Made by a program: the position numbers and the translations under genes. Source: a virus. From it: a DNA stretch of 64,000 nucleotides. The notes under the pieces are model-generated. The model had not been told where the DNA came from and did no database searches. It saw nothing but the letters and a program-made list of their open reading frames with translations. Of the stretch, positions 9,780 to 19,300 are shown one piece after another. The stretch covers positions 3,278 through 67,277 of IMG/VR virus record IMGVR_UViG_3300009514_000021, one strand, 5' to 3'. How positions within the stretch are numbered: the first letter of the stretch is position 1; every line of letters starts with the position of its first letter.

Positions 9780-10376
9780 GTGGCTTTGACCACGGCGACC
9801 ATACAGGCCCAGCTGGAGCTGAGTAAGCTCGTTGGACCTTTCGCGTTCAACGGGGTGACGTTCCCCTCGTTAGCTCTGGCGATCTCCCAGGCTGTCTCCC
9901 TCTGGGGCGCCAACCAGCCCAACAACCTGGCCCTGACGGGGGCCTCGTCAGGTACCGCAGGGGCTGGCCCGGTTCAGGGACTCAGCCTCACAGTGGCACC
10001 CAACAGCACCTTGATCGAATCATCGCTGCGGTCTAACGGTGTGTCGGGCCAGTTGGTTCCGAGCTTGGCTTTGACGGTAGCCAACGGCATCGCGACCGCG
10101 TTCAGCCTCTCGGCTTTGTACTCGGGGACTTCCGCGGGTGTCGGGGTGGGCTCGGACGTGTCCGTCATCACCATCTCGAACCCGGGCACGTTGGTCACCG
10201 AGCTGATTACCCAGCTCAGGGCGATTGTAGGCAGCGGCAAGGCCGTCGAGTCTCTATGCCTTGGATTGGGCTTGGGTATCGCCTCCATGCTCCTGGGATC
10301 CGCTGGGTTCGGTACTGTTACGGGTTCCCCGAGTCCTATCAGCAGCGTCGGTACGACCTTCTCGGTGGTGATCTGA
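9780..10376 (+). CDS. Gly/Ser/Ala-rich protein with three internal repeats, candidate spike tip, 198 aa
   Basis: GTG start abutting the spike stop codon. Repeats GVTFPSLALAISQAV / GQLVPSLALTVANGI / GKAVESLCLGLGLGI at residues 25, 90 and 153; only 9 charged residues. Function inferred from position. Confidence 0.55.
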   Translation: MALTTATIQAQLELSKLVGPFAFNGVTFPSLALAISQAVSLWGANQPNNLALTGASSGTAGAGPVQGLSLTVAPNSTLIESSLRSNGVSGQLVPSLALTVANGIATAFSLSALYSGTSAGVGVGSDVSVITISNPGTLVTELITQLRAIVGSGKAVESLCLGLGLGIASMLLGSAGFGTVTGSPSPISSVGTTFSVVI

Positions 10377-13300
10377 GTGAGCTTTGATTTCAGCGGCTAT
10401 GTCCTTCGTGGTGTTCGGATCTCTCCGACGAACGCGGTGGTCTCTGCCGAGCCCTCCAACGGTGTCGTCCGTGACATCCGTGCCGTCCCTGGAGCCTACG
10501 CGCTCTCCGGGGAAGCTCCCGACCTTGTGGAAGCCGCCGCTGACCAGTACCGCGCGTCCATCCTCAACAACGCCGTCGAGAGCACCACCGAGTACCTGCT
10601 CTGGGCTGCCAACAGCGCTCAGCTCGCGGTGGTCGACGACCCCACCTGGCTCCTTTCCGAAGGCTCTGGGCGCATCCCGTTGGGCACCCTGACCGTCACC
10701 GACCTGACTCCCGACAACCTGCCGGCGGGCGAGCCCCCGCCCAAAAAATACGGGACGTTCCCCGACGGCTCAGCCCGGGTCGTCGTGACCGACAACGGGC
10801 TGAGGTCCATCGCCAACATCGCAGCCGTGGTCGTGGCTCGAGGAGACGTCGACGACTATGACGACGACGGTTGGGTGGATCCCGACGATGTCGGTCTTGG
10901 GCGCTTAGGCTCGAACCCCTACTACGTCATCGAGTCAGCCGCGATAGACCAGGACGCCGACGCCGGCATCGTCCGCCTCACCGATGCCCAGCTCACCACC
11001 CTCGACGGTGGGTTGTCGAACCAGCGCGGCGACGAGGTCATCGAGGTGCGCTACACCTTGTCGGCTGCCCGATTCTGGTGGTCGAGGAACGACCGCCACA
11101 AGACGCGGTTCGGATGGGACGGCCGGACCCAGAAGTGGGCGCCGCTCAAGGGCGGCGCCCCCAAAGACCTGGGCGCACTGGACTTCGAGTCGACCCACCG
11201 GGTCACCCCTGTCCCAACAGGCCTCCCCGTAGGGACGACCCTGCCCGGCTCCGAGGCCGATCCCGACTCCTTCGCGATGATTCGCCTGGGCACTTCCCCC
11301 GGCGCCAGCAGCTTCCCCGTCGCCGCCGACGGCGCCTTCACCGGCATCAAGGTGAAGTTCGATTCCGACCTCGAAGGCGGGTTCGACTTCACCAAGGACC
11401 CCCTCATCGCTGGAGTCCTGGGCCGCACCAACGGCATCCTCCAGTTCAACCCGAACTTCATCGCGACGCAAGCTGGACAGACCGTCTGGTACAGCTACCT
11501 GAGCTTCGAGGAGGACTCCGATGGGCGAGTGGGTCTCCTCCTAGACGCCAAAGAGGAGCCGCTGTTCATCGCCCCTATCCCTGGGCCGACTGATCACCCC
11601 TTCATCCACATCGGGTCGCGACGCCACCTCACTGTCCAGCTGGCGGATACCGATGCCGAGCTGGCGGGGGCAACCATCCAGGAGGGGGAGGTCGGAGTGT
11701 CCCTGTCCACGGGGCAGCTGAAGTTCAGCTCGGTGGACCTGGACAAGGCAGATCCCTCGACCACCGGTTTCAGTCCCCAGTACCTCGGCACCGGCGTCAA
11801 CTACGCCGGCGTCGCGCTCAACCGGGTGCCACAACCGACCAGGAAAGCTGTCCAGCTAGTAGACGACACCGGGACGCCGGTGGATGTCACCGTCGACAAC
11901 GACCTGTACGTGCCGGACTTGGTGTACCTCCCCGAGGAGTTCGCTCTGGACGACCCCGTGCGAGGTCTCGGGATCTCCGGGGTCTTGGATGTCCCCGACG
12001 GGACGGGTTCCATCCCGATCCTCCCGGGAACCCCCGCCCCGGTGCGCCCAGGCGGGGAGAGCGACACCGACCCTCAGCGCGGGCGAATCCGACAGGTCGA
12101 GGACGGGGTGTCAGACACCATCCTGTTCGCGCGCCCCAAGGTCATCGAGACCCTCAACATCGTGGATCGGGAGGTCGACCTCCCGACCCTGCCGTTCAAA
12201 GTCCCCCAGGGAACAGCGTACATCGCCAAAGAGAGGGGTCCAGGCGGCTCTCGGGTGGTCTTCAGCTCCAAGGATCGCGGCGAGTTCGTGGGTGGGCCGG
12301 CCTTCTTCCTCCAGGCCAACCTGACCCCGTCGACCTACACGACCCGGGCTCGGCTGCTGTCCCGGGTGCGCGACATCTTCATCTTCGAGGGCGGGGAGAA
12401 GCTCCGGTTCCACATCGACGGCACCAGCTACACCTGGGAGGCTGACACCCTCCTGACAGCCATCCCCGGACGCAACGCTTACCTCGTAGAGGAGGTGGCC
12501 GACAGCATCGACGACGCCATCACCGGGACGGGCAGTGCTCGGGTATTCAACGGCCACATCGCGCTCGAAGCAGGGGACCTCGACACCGGCGAGGTCGAGA
12601 TCGGGTTCGCCACGACCGCCGGCGAGAAGGACCTGACTGGAGCTTCCGCGCTCGGGTTTCCCCCTGGCTGGAGAGCTGTAGGAGGCGTGGTCAACTGGCT
12701 CCCTGACGCCGGCATGTCCTGGGGGCTCTACCGCAGCCCGGCGAACCTCAATGGCGAGTTCGAGCTGTCGGACTACAACTCGAGGGCGCGCATCGAGGAG
12801 CTGCCTCTGGGCACGGTTCAGGGCGTGCCGTTCGTGTTCCTCAACCCGGTGCCGCTCCAGGATGTCGCGGGGCTCGACGAGGACATCTTCTTCCAGCTGA
12901 CCAACGTCATCCAGGAGGGAGAGACGATCGAGATCGTCAACCAGGTGTTGAGGCATTTCCAGGACATCAAACACGAGTTCGACATCGGTCGGTTCGCCTG
13001 GCTCGAGGATGGTCTCATCACGCAGACGGTGGAACGTCCGGTCCTCTCGTTGGGTCTGGGCAACCAGGGGGTCGTGGCCGAGTCCTTGCTCGGGGCGCCT
13101 GGCATCGGAGGTGGCCTGGCCATCGCCGAGACAGGGGGCTCGTTCGAGTTGCAGACCTTTGGCGACGATTTCTTGCTCCCCGACGACGGCGCCCAAGGAG
13201 TCGCCCTGCTGGTAGACCGCGTCGGCCGGCGACACACCTTGGGAGCGCGCGGGTTCTTCAGCGAGGGGTCTGATGAGTTCACCGACGCCACCGCTGACTT

Positions 13301-16300
13301 CTCCGAGGCCGAGCCAGGGTACCGGCTCAAGATCACCCGTGGGGACGCGGCGGGCTCGTATGTGCTGACCGAGGTTGTGAGCGCTACCGAGCTGCGGGTA
13401 TCGCCGGCCTTCGTCGCCGACGCCGCCGACAACCCAGTGACCTGGGAGCTGTTCGAGGGGTTCACGACCGACGTCTTCGACCCGGCCATCGTCGCCGACA
13501 TCACCTTCGATCTGTTCAACCACCTGCCCAACGAGCCTTTCGTCATCCGGACGCTCACCCCGCTGGGCACCGTGGACGAGGCCCTTGTGGCGGATCCGGG
13601 CGATGCGCTGGAGAACGGACGGTTCATCCAGGTGCGGTTCGGGCTCGAAGCCCCGACCGACGACAACACGGCCTCGGTGAGCGTGCTCGGCAAGACCGAG
13701 TTGGCTACCATCGCCAACGACCTCATCGTCATCCCGACCGATGAGCCTCGGTTCTCTGAGGCCGCCTTCACTATCCGTCTCGGCCCTGCCACGCTCGTTC
13801 CTGTCGGCGTCACCTCTTTCAGCGCCGACCCTGCGGGGGTCGAGTACCTGTTGGCTGACGGGGTCGACGGGGAGAAAGGGTTGCTCAAGTTCGGGTCCGC
13901 GATTCTGTCAGGCTTCGCCAACACCAAGGTGTACTTCGCCGAGGAGTTCCTGCCCAGCAGTGTCCTGGCCGCCGGCGCGACGGAGCTGAACCCCGACACC
14001 GGAGACCTGTCCCTCTCCGATGCGGACGTCGCCACCCACGCAGGCAAGACGGCTTACTTTGTCCAACGGATGATCACGGAGAACCGCCTGGACGTGGCGG
14101 CCAGTCCCATCGTCGGGACCTTCTATTTCAACCACCCGATCCAGGTGGACCAGTCGGTCGAGGTCGAATACTTCGAGGCCGACTTGGAGGGCAAGAAAGT
14201 CGGCGACCAGATCGTCGAGTTCCTCTCGGTGTTCATCACCAAGGAAACCGCCGAGCGGGAGTCGGCCACGAGCTACCTGTTCAACGCGTCGCTCAAGACC
14301 GTAGACACCCGCATCGAGACCTTGGTCTACGTCGGGATCTTCCAGCAAAACTTCGGGTCCCAAGATTTCGAGATCGAGTACCTGCCTGACGGCCGCGGCC
14401 GCATCAGCTTTTCCAAGAGCTTGGCCGACTCCGCCGCGGTCACCGTCAGCTACGCCGTTTTCGAGGCCAACGGCGGCGAGCGCGTCTACGAGTCGTCGAC
14501 CAAGCCCGTGTACCGCCCTCCCTTCTTCATCAAAGCCGGACTCGACCAGTTCGGTGTCCGCGGGGACCGCCAGGATGAGTTCCAGGTTGGTCAAATGCTC
14601 CGCATCGGCGAGAGCTGCTTCTACATCCGGAAGATCACCTATTTCACCGACGAGGACATCACCGCCCTGGGCATCTTCCCCTCGACCTCGGGCGAGGAGG
14701 GCAGTAGGGCTCCGGCCAATGACATCCTGAGCCTCATCACCACGACCCCGATCACCTCGACTGTGGATCCCGACGGGGCTCTCCCCGTCGACGTCCCCGA
14801 GGCCCCCGCAGGGTTCATGCAGACGGTGCCCATCGCCGACGCTCCCTTCGAGCCAGTCGTGCGAGGTCAGACCAGCATCACCTTCTTGGCGGATCTGACT
14901 GGGGTCGCCGTGCCGGGCCACATCCTCGAGGTGGGCGGGCGCCCCTTCACCATCGCCGACCTCGCGCTGTCCGAGGACGGCACGCGCACCAAGGTCTCGT
15001 TGACGGCGCCGTTCAAGGAGGGCATCAACGTCAACACCGACCCCACCGTGAAGGTGTCCATCCGTCCGGTCTACCCGCCGGGCACGCGGACGTTCCTCGG
15101 GGTGGGTCCGGTGGTCGCTTCAGAGCCTTTGGAGCTGGTGCGGTACACCGATGGCCAGCCCGGGCGAACCCTGATTCGAGGTGTCGAGTACGACCTCGAA
15201 CCTGACACCGGCATCGTGACGCTCCTCGACCCCGGGGCTGAGCCGTTGGCCGCCGGGGAGCAGCTGTACCTGGCCTACACCAAGCTGCGGACACTCGAGC
15301 CTTTCGTGCAGCAGGGGATCCTGACGTTCCCCAGGTACACCGCCACGTACCTCTACAACACCATCCCGTCGGACGACAACGGGCTCCTGGGCGGCCTCCT
15401 CACGACGACCTATACGTTCTCGACCCCCGACGCCTTCTATTTCAGGACGGTGCCGTTGAGGAGTTTCCTGGGTGAGGTGGTAGAGAGGGCCCAGCAGGAC
15501 CTGCAAGCCAGCAACCCGGCGGCCGGTCCTCTGACGACAGCTGTGCCGGCGACCGACAACTGGGACCAGGGCAGGTTGGCCATCCAGTCTGAGCGACGGA
15601 ACCTGGTGGACTTCGACCGCGCTGCGCGCGTGTTCGTCGACTTCTACAACCAGGTCATCAACGGTTTCGAGCAGATGCTCGAGACCATGTCCGGAGGTCT
15701 CATCGGGGACCGGGATGGGAAGTTTCGGTTCGAGGTTGGTCGGGGCCTCGAGTACCCGCCACCAGGCTACGAGGACGCCATCACCGGGGAGCTGAACCCG
15801 CGCAACGTTTTCGCCGATGTCTTCACGTCCAAGAACACCCGAATCGACGTCTTCTTGACGACCGACCCGATCGTGCGCCCGCCAGGTGCCCGCCTCATCG
15901 GTGGTGAAATTGACGGGGTCTTCCCAGGGTCACCGGAGATCGCCGACCTCATCGAGGAGCAGAGCGCCTTCGTCCGCAACGACGTCGATGACCTCGTGAT
16001 GACCAGCCTCAAAGCTCTCAAGGGGAAGATCGACCCGGACACCCTGACGCGCGGCCTCATCGCTTCTGGGCTCTACCAGCGTCTTGCTGAGCCCTCGTTC
16101 CTGAGTCGGCTCTTCCCGCTCATCGCTCGTGTCTTCTTTCAGACCTATCCCGGCATCGGGGCCGACCTTCTCGGCGGCGACCCCGGTCGCTACAGCTACC
16201 AGACGTCTGACCCGATCACGGGTCAGACCGTGTCGACCTACAACACGGTCATCGCCAAGCTCGGCAACCCGGTCCTCGGCGAGTTGGACAACGTCATCGA

Positions 16301-19300
16301 GGGCTCCCTCGAGAAGCGCTTCCCCCGCGCTCGTATCTGGAAGTACGAGCCCCTGGGGTTCCCGGAGATGGACGACCTCCTGACGGCGGCCGGCCTCCCG
16401 ACGTTCAGCGCGACACCGCGTCCAGCTGTCATCGCCACTCCACTGCTCCTACGGGACTTCCCTATTGACCCTGAAAGGGGAGGGCCCGACGTCGACCAGC
16501 TCGTGAGTCAAGGAGGCCTATTCTCGGACCTCGAGCTGGGCGACGTCACTTTCGTCATGCCGCCTTGGGAACCTGGTCAGCAGATCGCCTGGGGAGTCCC
16601 GACGGGCGAGATCCATGCAGCTTTCCACCTGGAGTCCGATGACACCCTGACGGGCGTATTCATCGACGAGGTGTTGCTCGGCTGCATTCTCACCTTCCGT
16701 ACTGAGGACCCCGCAGCTTCGCCGGATCCAGGGTTCCCCATCACCGACGGTGACCGCCTCCTCGTCGACATCGGCAACGAACTGGCGAACCCATCGGCCG
16801 AGGACTTCCCCCTCGAGCAGGGAGCCACCATCTTTGGTGTCCCTACGATCGACGCCAAGGTCACCCCTTCAGACCCGCCGACCAAGGACGACCTGGTCGC
16901 AGCCACCAAGGGCATCCAGAACTTCCGGACTGGGTTCGACCTCTCCATCAAAGGCGACGGGACTGTGGTGGATCTGTCGTGGCCGGCCGAAGAGGACCCG
17001 GCTTACCCCGTCCAGGAGCTGCGAGGACAGAACCCACCTGACCCGCTCGAGTCCCTCCAAGGGGTTGCGCAGTTTCTGCGCGGGGACCTCAGCCCTCTGC
17101 GGATCCCCGCGCTCACTGGTGACGAGCGCGACGACTCGGGCGACCAGCAGATCCCGTTCTTGGCTACTCAGAACACCGAGCTGGACCGCTTTGGCGAGGC
17201 AGCGGTGGGTCTCGCCAAACCCATGGAGGTCACCGACGACCTCGGCAACTATGTGTACCCCGACGAGTTCATCGGCAACGACGGCGAGATCCGCGGGGAC
17301 TTCGTAGCCAACGGGGCCACGTACAAGGAGCCAGCGGCTCTGAACACATCCCTCGACGTGCACCCCGTCGCCAACAGCGGGTTGTCCCCTGGTGTGGGCG
17401 ATCTCGAGTCTTACGACCTCCTGCTTGTCGAAGTCGATGATGCTGAGGACCGTATCGTGGTCGGCAGCCAGGGGCTTCTGTCTGTGGGGCGCGCCGAGAC
17501 CTCTCTGGTCAGCGGGTCGGATTACCAGAGCGTCATCGAGCCGCCGCGGTTCGTCACGCAAAGCAACGCGGGCACGCCCATCCGGTATCGGTTCAACAAC
17601 GCCATCGTGTTCACCACGCCGGGCGCCGCATACCCACCGGATCCCCAGGTCGGACCGACCCCTGCGGGAGTCCGCATCATCGAGGACACCGTCACCGGCG
17701 TCACTGCGCTTGAGTTCGATGACCTCTCTGGGTCGCTGGCCCTCAACGACGGCGTCACGGCCGGAGGTGGTGTAGGCAACCTCAACCACCTGTGGTCCGC
17801 GGTCGGGGCCAAGTTCTACAACAAGATCACCATCGAGCTGTTCGCCCGTACCGACCCCAACATCACCACGGCTCTCGCCCCTGGTGCTCTCCCCACACCT
17901 GGGCTCCCTGTTCTGACCATCGTCATCCAGGGGACCACGGTCACGGCAACCGAGCACCAAGGCAACCCTCTGCCGCCGCCGGGGCCTGTGACCAGCGTGG
18001 TTTTCGGCACCGACTCCCCCTTCACGCCGCTGCCGGTCGACAACAACCAGATCCGCATCACCCACGGTCCGGGGTCATGGCTCTTCGCCGGCGCGGTGCC
18101 TCCGGAGACCGACTGGTTCCTGCCGCACACGGTCGGGGTGACCAACGACAGCATCTACGGCTACGAGTTCTCCATCTCGATCGACACGTACAACTTCGAC
18201 GTGCCGGTCCTTCCTGGACCCTCGTTCAAGGGCGAGTCTACCACCGCGTACATCGACCCCGACCGGCTCACCTTCCACGAGCTGTTCGACATGCGACACA
18301 TCAAGGCGCGGGGATACACCCATCCGCTTTCGGCGCACGTACTCGAGGGCCAGCTGTCCGTCTTCGAAGTCACCGTGGCGGACCCCAGCGGCGCCGGTGG
18401 GTTCGAATCCAACGTCAACCGGTTCACCAACGGTTTCTCCGGTCTGCACCCAGATGGCTCTCCCGACCCCGACCCTTACACCTTCCTGACCCGGTCGATC
18501 ACCGCATCCGACCCCGGGTCCTACCTGGCCAACTCCCCCGCCGGTGGCACCTGGGCACCTGAACCCACAGGCGGAACCATCCGGGTCATGGGTTGGGAGG
18601 GGTACCTCAACACTCCGGTTCTGACCGGTGGCGCGGCTGTGCCGGACGCAGTCAAGTTCACCGCCATCCCGTCGTCGCTCCGAGGGCCCGACGCGACCGA
18701 CCCTATCTGCACAGGCAGAGGCCTCACCGAGTCTATCGACAACACCTCGGTCACGGCAGCTGTTGCTGCTCTGGGCTCGACCGATGCGGACAACAGGCTG
18801 CTTGACATCTCGATCATCGACGGGGCCATCAGCGACATCGAGAAGGGCGACATCCTCATCATCCGGGAATCGGATGACGCGGGGTTTGCCGCCACGACCA
18901 AGGCCGGCACCTACCTGGTGAGACTCCCCGTCGAGCCCGATGCCTTGGGTGGCCTTTGGCGCACAACGAGTGGCTTGACTGCTGCTGACCAGATCGGCGC
19001 GTGGGACGGCTGGATCCCCTCCCCGGGGTACCCCAGGCTCCTCAGCCTGACCCTCGGCGGCCCCGGCGCGTTTGAGGTCACCGACCTGGCGGGCTTCCCT
19101 CTGGCGCCAACTGTCGGAGCCCCCGCGACACCTTCGGGGTTCCCGGCGTCGGGCCGGGTCTACGTGGTCAGGGATGTCCTGGACCTGCACTCGACCGACC
19201 TCGAGGAGTTCCGTACTGCTGTCGTCAGCGTGGCCTACACCAGCATCGACACCAGCGGCGCCAACCCGGTCTTCACAGGCCTGTCCGATTACAAGGACGC

